A stretch of 32,000 nucleotides of DNA from Coprobacillaceae bacterium. GTDB lineage: Bacteria > Bacillota_I > Bacilli_A > Erysipelotrichales > Coprobacillaceae. The notes beneath the pieces are model-generated. The model made no database searches. It worked only from the letters and a program-made list of their open reading frames with translations, and was not told where the DNA came from. A program made the translations under genes and the position numbers. Position 1 is the stretch's first letter, and every line of letters starts with the position of its first letter. Of the stretch, positions 1-7,910 are shown in pieces. The DNA lies in assembly GCA_963675515.1 (NCBI GenBank), contig OY776328.1, forward strand, positions 720,001 to 752,000, read 5' to 3'.

Positions 1-1
1 A

Positions 2-2575
2 GGCAAATACCAGCACTGGCTGGATAAAAAATATTTCGAAGCGGGAGATACAAGCAAAAAGCCGTACTCGATTGTCATCCCACCGCCAAATGTGACCGGA
101 AAACTGCATTTGGGTCATGCCTGGGATACGACGCTACAGGATATGATCATCCGCCACAAAAGGATGCAGGGATATGACGCTTTGTGGCTTCCAGGAATGG
201 ACCACGCCGGTATAGCGACTCAGGCGAAGGTTGAGGCTCGTCTGCGCGAACAGGGGATTTCCCGCTACGATCTTGGCCGGGAAGGATTCTTGGAAAAAAC
301 CTGGGAATGGAAAGAGGAATATGCAAGTATCATCCGCGAGCAATGGGCGAAGCTGGGACTTTCCCTTGACTACTCCAAGGAACGTTTCACACTTGATGAC
401 GGACTTTCTGAGGCGGTGAAGGAAGTCTTCGTCAAGCTTTATGAACAGGAACTGCTCTATCGGGGTGAACGGATCATCAACTGGGATCCGGTCCAAAAAA
501 CGGCACTTTCCAACGTCGAGGTAATCCACAAGGAAGTCAATGGGGCGATGTATTACTTCAAATACAAGCTTGAAGACAGTGGCAGGGAACTGGTCATCGC
601 CACAACCCGTCCGGAAACAATGTTCGGGGATACGGCGATCTTCGTCCATCCTGACGACACGCGCTACCAGGACATCATCGGCAAATTCGCGATCAACCCG
701 GCCAACGGGGAATCCCTGCCGATTCTCGCAGATGACTATATCGACATGGACTTCGGGACTGCGGTCATGAAATGTACCCCGGCCCATGACCCTAACGACT
801 TTGTCCTGGGTAAAAAGCATGATCTGGCGATGCCGATCTGCATGAATCCCGATGGAACGATGAACGAGCTGGCCCACAAATACCAGGGGATGGACCGTTT
901 CGAGTGCCGCAAGGCACTGGTAGCCGATTTCGAAGCTGCCGGGGTGGTCGACCATATCGAACCGATCGTCCATCAGGTCGGGCATTCGGAAAGATCCGAT
1001 GCCATTGTCGAGCCATATCTGTCTAAACAGTGGTTCGTCAAGATGGAACCGCTGGCCAAGGAAGCCCTGGCAAACCAGGAAACCGCCGGGAAGGTCAACT
1101 TCGTGCCGGAACGCTTCGAAAAGACATTCAACAACTGGATGGAAAATATCGAAGACTGGTGCATTTCCCGCCAGCTGTGGTGGGGACATCGGATCCCGGC
1201 CTGGTACCATAAGGAAACCGGTGAAGTTGTTGTGGCCAAGGATGCTCCTGAAGACATCGAGAACTACGTCCAGGACGAAGATGTACTGGATACCTGGTTC
1301 TCATCGGCGCTGTGGCCGTTTTCAACACTTGGATGGCCCGATGAAAATGCCGAACTGTTCAAACGCTACTTCCCGACCAACACCCTGGTTACCGGATATG
1401 ACATCATCTTCTTCTGGGTAAGCCGGATGATCTTCCAGTCGCTCAACTTCACGGACAAAAGACCGTTCGATGATGTGCTGATCCATGGTCTGATCCGCGA
1501 CGCCAACGGGGTCAAGATGTCGAAGTCGCTTGGCAACGGAATCGATCCGATGGATGTCATCGAACAGTACGGAGCGGATACGCTGCGCTATTTCCTGACA
1601 ACCAACTCGGCACCGGGTATGGACTTGCGTTTCATTCCCGAGAAGCTTGACGCTTCATGGAATTTCATCAACAAGATCTGGAACTCGGCGCGTTTTGTTT
1701 TGATGAATATCGATGAAAACCTTAAATATGAGGATCTGACTTTCACCGACTTGAACCTGTGTGACAAATGGATACTCAACCGCCTGAATGAAGTGATCGA
1801 GGAAGTCAACGCGAACATGGAAAAATTCGAGTTCGTGGTTGTCGGATCGACTCTGCATCAGTTCATCTGGGATGACTATTGTTCATGGTATATCGAGCTG
1901 GCCAAAGCCCATCTCAACAGCGACAATGAGGCTGAAAAAACTGCAACCCGCAATACTCTGGTTTATGTGATGAACGCGATTGTCAAACTGTTGCATCCGT
2001 TCATGCCTTTCATGAGCGAGGAAATCTATCAGGCCCTGCCACATGTCGAAGAGTCAATCACCATCGCATCTTATCCCGAAGTCAATAATGATTTCACCGA
2101 CGAGAGTGTGAATGACAAGTTCGCCTATGTCATCGACATCGTCAAAGGGATCCGCGACATCCGCGCCAACTACAATATCAAAAACAGCATCGAGGTAAGC
2201 TACCTGATTGAAGGAAACGACAAGAATATCCTGGAATTGCTTAAAAGCGTCGAACTTTACATCAAGAGACTGACCAACTCGGTATGTGTCGGTGTCAACG
2301 AGGCTTACAGTGATGATGTGGCGATCGTGACTATCAAAGGCGGTCAGTCGATCGTGGTCGAACTGGGAGCTTACGTCGACAAGGCAGCGGAAAAAGCCAA
2401 ACTTGAAACCCAAGCCAAGAAAATGGCGGACGAAATCAGCCGATGTGAAAAGATGCTTGCGAACGAAAGATTCATTGCCAAGGCGCCTGCGGCCAAGATT
2501 GAAGAAGAAAAGGCCAAACTGGCCGATTACCAGTCCAAACTTGAGGCGATCACCGCCCAGCTGGAAAAATACTGA
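2..2575 (+). CDS. valS: Valine--tRNA ligase (5' end cut by window edge)
   Basis: The frame is open from base 2, reading [41 protein letters not shown]. This carries the class I HIGH-type motif (LHLGH), and a KMSKS motif (VKMSKSLGN) lies further on. The C-terminus has the coiled coil typical of ValRS. The GTG at 92 in the ORF track is internal. Confidence 0.95.
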   Translation, partial: GKYQHWLDKKYFEAGDTSKKPYSIVIPPPNVTGKLHLGHAWDTTLQDMIIRHKRMQGYDALWLPGMDHAGIATQAKVEARLREQGISRYDLGREGFLEKTWEWKEEYASIIREQWAKLGLSLDYSKERFTLDDGLSEAVKEVFVKLYEQELLYRGERIINWDPVQKTALSNVEVIHKEVNGAMYYFKYKLEDSGRELVIATTRPETMFGDTAIFVHPDDTRYQDIIGKFAINPANGESLPILADDYIDMDFGTAVMKCTPAHDPNDFVLGKKHDLAMPICMNPDGTMNELAHKYQGMDRFECRKALVADFEAAGVVDHIEPIVHQVGHSERSDAIVEPYLSKQWFVKMEPLAKEALANQETAGKVNFVPERFEKTFNNWMENIEDWCISRQLWWGHRIPAWYHKETGEVVVAKDAPEDIENYVQDEDVLDTWFSSALWPFSTLGWPDENAELFKRYFPTNTLVTGYDIIFFWVSRMIFQSLNFTDKRPFDDVLIHGLIRDANGVKMSKSLGNGIDPMDVIEQYGADTLRYFLTTNSAPGMDLRFIPEKLDASWNFINKIWNSARFVLMNIDENLKYEDLTFTDLNLCDKWILNRLNEVIEEVNANMEKFEFVVVGSTLHQFIWDDYCSWYIELAKAHLNSDNEAEKTATRNTLVYVMNAIVKLLHPFMPFMSEEIYQALPHVEESITIASYPEVNNDFTDESVNDKFAYVIDIVKGIRDIRANYNIKNSIEVSYLIEGNDKNILELLKSVELYIKRLTNSVCVGVNEAYSDDVAIVTIKGGQSIVVELGAYVDKAAEKAKLETQAKKMADEISRCEKMLANERFIAKAPAAKIEEEKAKLADYQSKLEAITAQLEKY

Positions 2576-2584
2576 TATGATAAT

Positions 2585-2621
2585 GCACTTTTGTCCCTGT
2601 GACGAAGGTGCTTTTTCTTTT
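2585..2621 (+). terminator. Possible intrinsic terminator after valS
   Basis: GCACTT (2585-2590) pairs with AAGGTGC (2605-2611) with one bulge. An inner GTC/GAC stem lies between them, and TTTTTCTTTT follows. Confidence 0.45.
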
Positions 2622-2699
2622 GAGCCAATAACTTCGATATTTAAAGAAAAGACAATCCCCTGCTGGCATATATTTATGAGAGATAGATAGGAGGATAAT

Positions 2700-2864
2700 A
2701 TGAAAGAATTGACTCAGGAACAACAGGAATTGATTGTCGGTGAATTTGGCGTTGGCACCGTGCTGGTGTGCATCGTCGTTTCGGCGGGTGTCTACAAGCT
2801 GATCACCAGCTCAAAAGGAAAAATATCGATTCCATGGTTCATTTCATTGGAATGGTCCCGCTGA
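2700..2864 (+). CDS. Small hypothetical membrane protein (54 aa), not in the ORF track
   Basis: An AGGAGG Shine-Dalgarno (2690-2695) lies 4 nt before the ATG at 2700. My translation is MKELTQEQQELIVGEFGVGTVLVCIVVSAGVYKLITSSKGKISIPWFISLEWSR, with one hydrophobic helix (FGVGTVLVCIVVSAGVY). The TGA at 2862-2864 lies 1 nt before the radC ATG at 2866. Confidence 0.5.
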   Translation: MKELTQEQQELIVGEFGVGTVLVCIVVSAGVYKLITSSKGKISIPWFISLEWSR

Positions 2865-2865
2865 T

Positions 2866-3543
2866 ATGGACCAATGGCCAGTAAATGACCGGCCCCGCGA
2901 AAAAGCAAGCAGTCGCGGGGTCGCCATCTTATCCAATCAGGAACTGCTTGCAGTCATATTGCGGACGGGAACGAAGGAATGCAATGTCATTGAACTGGCG
3001 GGAATACTTCTCAAAAGGGCTGGTGGTGTCGGCGGACTTGCCGATCTCTCAAAGGAACAGCTCAAAACGATCAAAGGAATCGGGGAAGTCAAGGCGACCG
3101 AGATAATGGCGACAATCGAGCTGTCAAAACGACTTTTAGGGGACAACAAGAAGGTACGGCAGGTGATTGATTCGCCAAGGGCCGCCTATGATTACCTGGG
3201 CGGCCGGCTGCAGTTTGAACATCAGGAAAAAGTCATTGTCCTTTGTCTTGGATCGAACCTCCAGCTGATCCAAGAACACTTGGTTCATATCGGAACGTCC
3301 GACAGCTCGATATTCTCGATCAAGGAAATCCTCAAAGTGGTCCTTTCGTCATGCGCAACCAGGTTCATGGTCATCCACAACCATCCCAGCGGGGACCCTC
3401 ATCCTTCTATGGAGGACATGAAGGCGACGGAAAGTCTGAAAATCCAGGCAGCAGCCCTCGATCTCGAGCTTGTCGATCATCTGATTTTCGGGGAGAACTG
3501 CTTTTATAGCATCTTCACGGATGATCTGATTGAGACAAATTGA
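2866..3543 (+). CDS. radC: RadC-family JAB/MPN domain protein
   Basis: The N-terminus has the helix-hairpin-helix-like region (LSNQELLAVILRTGTKECNVIELA, IKGIGEVKATEI). The C-terminus has the JAMM motif HNHPSGDPHPSMEDMKAT. It sits upstream of mreC, as in Bacillus. Confidence 0.9.
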   Translation: MDQWPVNDRPREKASSRGVAILSNQELLAVILRTGTKECNVIELAGILLKRAGGVGGLADLSKEQLKTIKGIGEVKATEIMATIELSKRLLGDNKKVRQVIDSPRAAYDYLGGRLQFEHQEKVIVLCLGSNLQLIQEHLVHIGTSDSSIFSIKEILKVVLSSCATRFMVIHNHPSGDPHPSMEDMKATESLKIQAAALDLELVDHLIFGENCFYSIFTDDLIETN

Positions 3544-3544
3544 A

Positions 3545-3573
3545 TTGCATTTGGTCTCTTTTATTTGTATAAT
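3545..3573 (+). promoter_or_regulatory. Candidate sigma-A promoter for mreCD
   Basis: TTGCAT (3545-3550), a 17-nt spacer, then TATAAT (3568-3573) directly preceded by TG. Confidence 0.4.
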
Positions 3574-3592
3574 GTTTTTCGAGGTGGTACGT

Positions 3593-4429
3593 TTGAAAAA
3601 TAATACATTTAAGACAGTTTTGATAGGTGTGATAACCATATCCCTTACTGTTTTGACAGTGGGTTCCCTTTCGGGGCGGACAAGAACCTACTTTGAATCG
3701 ATTTTCCACGACACAGTGGCATCGATTGAATACTATGTGGTGAAAAAACCGATTTCGATGGTGGCCGGAGCAATCAGCGAAGTCAATGCGATGCGGCTGA
3801 TATATAATGAAAACCGGTTGCTCCAGGAAAAACTGAATTCCTATGCATCGGTCGAGGCGAATACCGACGTCCTGTCGAACGAACTCAACGAGCTTAAAAA
3901 ACAGCTTAACATCGAGAATCTTCCAAGCGAATATCAGGTCAAGGCTTTCTCGCTGGTGACCCGTTCTTTTGACAAGTGGGATGACGAAGTGACCATCAAC
4001 GGTGGTGAAAACAACGGACTGACCAAGAATATGGTCGTAGTCAACAACAAGGGGATGATCGGGGTGATCACCTCGACCACGCCGATAACGTCTAATGTGA
4101 TGCTTCTTACTTCGGGAAATTACCTGAATGATATTCCCGTGATGTTCACAACCGAAGATGGAACGACATGTTTCGGGCTGATTGAGGGCTATGACGATGA
4201 AAACGAGGCGCTGATTGTCAATCTACTTACCAATGTGGCCGTGGTCCAGCCGGGAATCAAGGTGTACACATCGGGACTGGGAGGCGAAGGCAAGGCGCCA
4301 AAAGGAATATACGTGGGCACGAGTGTAAAGCTTCATGATTATGGGGACAATACCAAGAAATATCTGCTCGTGCAAATCGCTGCCGACATGAACGACCTGG
4401 AATACATCTCGGTCGTTGCCCAAGGTTAG
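3593..4429 (+). CDS. mreC: Rod shape-determining protein MreC
   Basis: N-terminal TM anchor (TVLIGVITISLTVLTVGSL), a coiled coil (NENRLLQEKLNSYASVEANTDVLSNELNELKKQL), and beta-barrel core motifs (GMIGVITSTTPITSNVMLLTS). The likely start is the TTG at 3593, after GAGGTGG at 3581-3587. The ORF-track start at 3530 overlaps radC and lies upstream of the promoter. Confidence 0.8.
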   Translation: MKNNTFKTVLIGVITISLTVLTVGSLSGRTRTYFESIFHDTVASIEYYVVKKPISMVAGAISEVNAMRLIYNENRLLQEKLNSYASVEANTDVLSNELNELKKQLNIENLPSEYQVKAFSLVTRSFDKWDDEVTINGGENNGLTKNMVVVNNKGMIGVITSTTPITSNVMLLTSGNYLNDIPVMFTTEDGTTCFGLIEGYDDENEALIVNLLTNVAVVQPGIKVYTSGLGGEGKAPKGIYVGTSVKLHDYGDNTKKYLLVQIAADMNDLEYISVVAQG

Positions 4430-4430
4430 G

Positions 4431-4949
4431 ATGAGAACCAAGATAATCAAGCTGAGCTTATTTCTCGCTTTGGCTTTCATCGTCGATTCGACCATAACTT
4501 ACCTTACCCCATACAAAATACGAGGCAGTTATGAATTCGTTTCAAGTATCGGCATCCTGAGCTTCCTGTATGTGGTCAACGCAGTCAAGCTTCGCTATCA
4601 GTATTGGTATGCATTGGCGGTGGGCTTCTACTATTCGATTATCTACGCCAATTCCCAGTTCATCTATGTTTGGCTTTTCATGATCGATGTCTTTTTGATC
4701 CACAGTTACATCAAGACCCGGAAGATCTCATTCAACGAAAGCATCGTCAACAGTGTCGGTCTGATTGTGATCCATCAGACGATACCGTATATCGCCTATT
4801 CACTCGCGAGCATGACCAACCTGTCCATGACTCAGTTCATATTTCTAAGATTCTTGCCGACATTGGTTGGCAACATGGTATTCGGGGTCGCCATCTACTT
4901 TGTGGTAGATCAGCTGAAGATCTTCGAGGTCGAGCAAACTTTTTACTAA
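4431..4949 (+). CDS. mreD: Polytopic membrane protein, probable MreD
   Basis: About 172 aa, very hydrophobic with several predicted TM segments, and immediately after mreC (the ATG at 4431 lies 1 nt after the mreC stop). The call rests on position and architecture, not on strong motifs. Confidence 0.6.
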   Translation: MRTKIIKLSLFLALAFIVDSTITYLTPYKIRGSYEFVSSIGILSFLYVVNAVKLRYQYWYALAVGFYYSIIYANSQFIYVWLFMIDVFLIHSYIKTRKISFNESIVNSVGLIVIHQTIPYIAYSLASMTNLSMTQFIFLRFLPTLVGNMVFGVAIYFVVDQLKIFEVEQTFY

Positions 4950-4954
4950 AAACA

Positions 4955-4983
4955 TTGACACAATCAAATTATAATGATAAAAT
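4955..4983 (+). promoter_or_regulatory. Candidate sigma-A promoter of the rplU-prp-rpmA operon
   Basis: TTGACA (4955-4960), a 17-nt spacer, then TAAAAT (4978-4983). Confidence 0.55.
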
Positions 4984-4989
4984 CCATTT

Positions 4990-5075
4990 GTTGTAGACCT
5001 CTAGCTACAACCGCGCATAAGAGGTGGTAAAGCGAAAGCTCCCTCAGTTGGCGAGTCTAAGAAAAATCATAGGAG
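4990..5075 (+). ncRNA. Structured 5' leader of rplU (candidate L21-leader-type autoregulatory element)
   Basis: A leader of about 100 nt lies between the promoter and the rplU ATG. It contains the hairpin GTTGTAG-N8-CTACAAC and an SD-like decoy (AAGAGGTGG). Firmicutes are known to carry an L21 leader upstream of rplU. I could not run a covariance model. Confidence 0.35.
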
Positions 5076-5083
5076 GTGCGAGC

Positions 5084-5392
5084 ATGTACGCAATTATCGA
5101 AACAGGCGGAAAACAATTAAAAGTTGAAGAAGGTTCAACAATTTTCGTTGAAAAATTAGATGTGGAAGCAGGAGCGGAATTTACTTTTGACAAAGTATTA
5201 TTCGTAGGTGGAGAAGCTTCAAAAATTGGAGCTCCATACGTAGATGGTGCAACTGTAACTGCAACTGTAGAAAAACAAGGTAAAGAAAAGAAAGTGACAA
5301 TCTTCAAATATAACGCTAAAAAGCATTATCATAAAAAACAAGGTCACAGACAACCTTATACAAAATTAACAATTACTGCAATTAACGGATAA
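5084..5392 (+). CDS. rplU: 50S ribosomal protein L21
   Basis: [25 protein letters not shown] is a canonical L21 N-terminus. AGGAGGT lies 6 nt before the ATG at 5084. The ORF-track start at 5024 is a leader read-through. Confidence 0.95.
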   Translation: MYAIIETGGKQLKVEEGSTIFVEKLDVEAGAEFTFDKVLFVGGEASKIGAPYVDGATVTATVEKQGKEKKVTIFKYNAKKHYHKKQGHRQPYTKLTITAING

Positions 5393-5715
5393 TGATCGCC
5401 GTTACTATCAAAAGTAGTAAACAAAAGATCAAGCAAATCACAATTTCAGGCCATGCTTATTCGGGTGAGCCCGGGTTCGATTTGGTGTGTGCCGGGGTAT
5501 CCACCCTGGGATATGCCATCTTGAACACTTTGGATTACAAAGGGGCATTCAAAAACCCGGATTGCATCTATGAAATTGATGAAGGTTTTATTGATATTCA
5601 AGTTCTGAGTCACCGGGACGATTACCAAGTGATACTAGAGACACTGATGATCGGGCTGATGACCGTGGAAGAATCTCACAATGATAATCTGAAAATCACA
5701 AAAGTGGAGGTGTAA
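5392..5715 (+). CDS. prp: Ribosomal-processing cysteine protease Prp (YsxB family)
   Basis: It lies between rplU and rpmA. It has the conserved His (ISGHAYSG) and Cys ([10 protein letters not shown]) of the Prp dyad. Its start overlaps the rplU stop (TAATG). Confidence 0.9.
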   Translation: MIAVTIKSSKQKIKQITISGHAYSGEPGFDLVCAGVSTLGYAILNTLDYKGAFKNPDCIYEIDEGFIDIQVLSHRDDYQVILETLMIGLMTVEESHNDNLKITKVEV

Positions 5716-5719
5716 CACA

Positions 5720-6004
5720 ATGATGTTAAAATTAAATTTACAATTATTCGCTTCTAAAAAAGGGGTAGGTTCAACTAAAAATGGACGTGACTCAAAATCA
5801 AAAAGATTAGGGGCTAAATTATCTGATGGTCAATTCTGTACTGCAGGATCAATTATCTACCGTCAAAGAGGAACTAAAATTCATCCAGGTACTAACGTAG
5901 GTAAAGGCGGAGACGACACTTTATTTGCAACTGTTGATGGTGTAGTTAAATTCGAAAGATTAGGAAGAGATCGTAAACAAGTATCTGTTTACCCAGCAGC
6001 GTAA
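5720..6004 (+). CDS. rpmA: 50S ribosomal protein L27 with cleavable N-terminal extension
   Basis: [25 protein letters not shown]. The Firmicute propeptide ends LQLF/ASKKG, which is the Prp cleavage motif, and the L27 core follows. Confidence 0.95.
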   Translation: MMLKLNLQLFASKKGVGSTKNGRDSKSKRLGAKLSDGQFCTAGSIIYRQRGTKIHPGTNVGKGGDDTLFATVDGVVKFERLGRDRKQVSVYPAA

Positions 6005-6006
6005 CG

Positions 6007-6030
6007 AAAAGCCCTAGTGGGCTTTTTTTT
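6007..6030 (+). terminator. Intrinsic terminator of the rplU operon
   Basis: AAAAGCCC-TAGT-GGGCTTTTTTTT: a GC-rich stem, a 4-nt loop and a run of 8 T. Confidence 0.85.
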
Positions 6031-6048
6031 ATAAACTGGTCGAGAACA

Positions 6049-6069
6049 CTCGTGACTTTAGTCATGGAG
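6049..6069 (+). repeat. Left-end subterminal hairpin (TnpA recognition structure)
   Basis: The stem TGAC(6053-6056)/GTCA(6061-6064) has flanking CTC/GAG extensions. It is nested in an outer inverted repeat, CTGGTCGA (6036-6043) and TCGACCAG (6076-6083). Confidence 0.7.
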
Positions 6070-6201
6070 ATGAATCGACCAGGCATGCATCTTTTCGTTT
6101 GTGCGGGATGAGGTGCATATATTATCGAATATTGCTCACTAAAAGTGCTTTAAAGCTGTGATTTTCAGCCATCGTATGTTAAAATGTATATGAGGTGATA
6201 A

Positions 6202-6606
6202 ATGATGGCTGATATTAATTACGGAAGGGGTTATGTCTATTCGATTCAATACCATCTGGTATGGTGCGTGAAATACCGTCACGATATTTTGGCTGGTCAA
6301 GTTGATGATTATGTTAAGAAATTGTTGACTAAGATAGCAGCTGATAATGACATAAATATCGTTGAAATGGAATCGGATAAGGACCATATCCACTTGCTTA
6401 TCGATTGCAAGCCCCAACACCATATTCCCAGTATGGTAAAAGCATTCAAGGGGTTATCTGCAAGATTCCTGTTCAAGCAACACCCTGAGCTAAAAAGCAG
6501 CCTTCCAGGAGGACACCTGTGGAATCCTAGCTACTTTGTTGCTACTGTCAGTGATAATACTCAAAAGCAGATAATAGATTATATAAAAAGTCAGAAGAAG
6601 AAATAG
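6202..6606 (+). CDS. tnpA: IS200/IS605-family Y1 (HUH) transposase TnpA
   Basis: About 134 aa. It has YHLVWCVKYRHDIL, the HUH motif in DKDHIHLLIDCKP, and a C-terminal catalytic Tyr context (WNPSYFVATVS). A GAGGTGA RBS lies upstream, and a TGTTAAAAT extended -10 lies at 6175-6183. Confidence 0.9.
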   Translation: MMADINYGRGYVYSIQYHLVWCVKYRHDILAGQVDDYVKKLLTKIAADNDINIVEMESDKDHIHLLIDCKPQHHIPSMVKAFKGLSARFLFKQHPELKSSLPGGHLWNPSYFVATVSDNTQKQIIDYIKSQKKK

Positions 6607-7755
6607 GTGATGATGATGTTGCACCATAAGGCCTACAAGTTCAGGATCTACCCTAATAGTGCACAGGAAATATTGATTTGTAAAACGATTGGATGTGTCC
6701 GGTTTGTCTATAATCATTTCCTGAATTTGTGGAATGAAGAGTATGACAGTACCGGTAAGGGTCTGACTTACAATTCCTGCTCAGCCATGCTTCCGCAAAT
6801 GAAGCGGGATGAAAATACACAGTGGCTAAAAGAAGTAGACAGCATCGCTCTTCAATCATCATTGAAGAATCTCTCCGATTCATTCGCAAGGTTCTTCACT
6901 AAGCAAAACAAGCACCCGCGATACAAGAGCAAAAAGAATCCGGTACAAAGCTACACTACAAAGAACGTGAACAACAGTATTGCCGTAATTGGCAAATCAA
7001 TCAAGCTGCCTAAGCTAGGTCTGGTAAGGTTCGCCAAGAGCCGGGAGATCAAAGGAATGATCATTAAGGCGACCATCCGGAAAAATCCCAGTGGCAAATA
7101 CTTTGTTGCAGTTGTCGTTGAAGAAAAGATAGAACAATTGCCCAAAACAAATTCGACAATCGGTATTGATCTTGGTATCCGTGACTTTGCGATATTTTCA
7201 AACGGCAGAAAAGTCGCAAACCATAAATTCACCAGTAAGATGGAAAAGAAACTTATCCGGGAGCAAAAAAAGCTGTCAAGAAGGGCGCTCCTTGCCAAAA
7301 GCAAAGGAATCAATCTTCTTGAAGCAAAGAACTATCAGAAACAGAGACGCAAAGTGGCATTGCTTCATGAAAAGGTAATGAACCAACGCAATGACTTTTT
7401 GAACAAGTTGACAACCCAGATCATCAAAAACCACGATGTAATCTGTGTCGAAGACTTGAATACAAAAGGGATGTTGCGTAATCATAGACTGGCTAGAAGC
7501 ATATCCGATGTATCTTGGTCATCATTTGTGGACAAGCTCATCTACAAGGCTGAATGGTATGGTAAAGAAATCATCAAGGTGGACCGCTGGTATGAGTCCA
7601 GCCAGATATGCCATCAATGTGGCCACAAGGATGGCAAGAAGCCACTCCACATCAGGGAATGGACTTGTCCTAATTGTGGCAATACCAATGATAGGGATAT
7701 CAATGCGAGCAAGAACATCCTGAAAGAAGGACTACGCATAATGGCGTCAACATAG
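6607..7755 (+). CDS. tnpB: TnpB (OrfB) RNA-guided endonuclease, RuvC-like with zinc finger
   Basis: The N-terminus HKAYKFRIYPNSAQEIL is typical of OrfB. The RuvC triad contexts are present: IGIDLGIRDF, VICVEDLNTKGM and NDRDINASKNI. The zinc finger is CHQCGH...CPNCG. The start codon is ambiguous among GTG ATG ATG ATG TTG at 6607-6621. Confidence 0.9.
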   Translation: MMMMLHHKAYKFRIYPNSAQEILICKTIGCVRFVYNHFLNLWNEEYDSTGKGLTYNSCSAMLPQMKRDENTQWLKEVDSIALQSSLKNLSDSFARFFTKQNKHPRYKSKKNPVQSYTTKNVNNSIAVIGKSIKLPKLGLVRFAKSREIKGMIIKATIRKNPSGKYFVAVVVEEKIEQLPKTNSTIGIDLGIRDFAIFSNGRKVANHKFTSKMEKKLIREQKKLSRRALLAKSKGINLLEAKNYQKQRRKVALLHEKVMNQRNDFLNKLTTQIIKNHDVICVEDLNTKGMLRNHRLARSISDVSWSSFVDKLIYKAEWYGKEIIKVDRWYESSQICHQCGHKDGKKPLHIREWTCPNCGNTNDRDINASKNILKEGLRIMAST

Positions 7756-7886
7756 TTAACAACTTAACCGTAGGAACTACGGGGATAGCTTGGTAAATAA
7801 GAGAAACCGCTGAGTATGGTGGACGCACCAGACTCAAGTAAGCTCTGTTCCCAAGAATCCCGTGACTTCAGTCAAGGGAGGTTCAA
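7700..7886 (+). ncRNA. Predicted omega (right-end) RNA scaffold of TnpB; 5' limit uncertain
   Basis: The region spans the tnpB 3' end to the right end and is densely structured. It contains GTTAA-CAAC-TTAAC (7755-7768), CCGTAG-GAA-CTACGG (7768-7782), the composite stem TGAGT-A-TGGTG-GACG-CACCA-G-ACTCA (7811-7836), and the right-end hairpin (7859-7878). In known TnpB systems the omega RNA comes from exactly this region. Confidence 0.45.
7859..7878 (+). repeat. Right-end subterminal hairpin
   Basis: CCC-G-TGAC-TTCA-GTCA-A-GGG, closely similar to the left-end hairpin. A TCAA tetranucleotide lies at 7883-7886, 8 nt beyond the hairpin foot. As far as I recall, this resembles the IS608 right cleavage motif. 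Confidence 0.65.
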
Positions 7887-7910
7887 AGAAATTAGAAAGG
7901 AGGAATTACT

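Larger units (their letters stand above)
6031..7886 (+). mobile_element. IS200/IS605-family insertion sequence (IS608-like tnpA-tnpB layout); boundaries good to a few nt only
   Basis: It carries tnpA (Y1 HUH) and tnpB in tandem. Matching subterminal hairpins are CGTGACTTTAGTCATGGAG near the left end and CGTGACTTCAGTCAAGGGAG near the right end. There are no terminal inverted repeats, as expected for this family. Codon use is more AT-rich than in the flanking genes. The element sits between the rpmA terminator and the obg RBS. Confidence 0.85.

Noticed and set aside
134-1210. Long antisense ORFs opposite well-supported genes: 134-1210 (358 aa, opposite valS), 9333-10265 (310 aa, opposite ruvA/ruvB), 23334-24107 (257 aa, opposite the yloV-like gene), 24119-25231 (370 aa, opposite recG), and 14798-15337 and 20620-21117.
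   Set aside because: These are shadow ORFs on the complement of strongly conserved coding frames. They have no SD or start context, odd amino-acid composition and no recognisable motifs. The sense-strand genes fully explain the sequence.
5024-5083. N-terminal extensions in the ORF track: rplU from 5024, hrcA from 16764, mreC from 3530, pepV to 31715, and the asp23-like gene from 21993.
   Set aside because: In each case a downstream start has a properly spaced SD and gives the canonical protein N-terminus. The extensions run through promoters, CIRCE, leader RNA or the upstream gene.
6139-6423. A 94-aa ORF antisense to tnpA, considered as a possible IS-encoded antisense gene or toxin.
   Set aside because: It has no SD and a low-complexity Ile/Asn-rich composition driven by the AT-rich complement of tnpA. 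Nothing supports it beyond the open frame.
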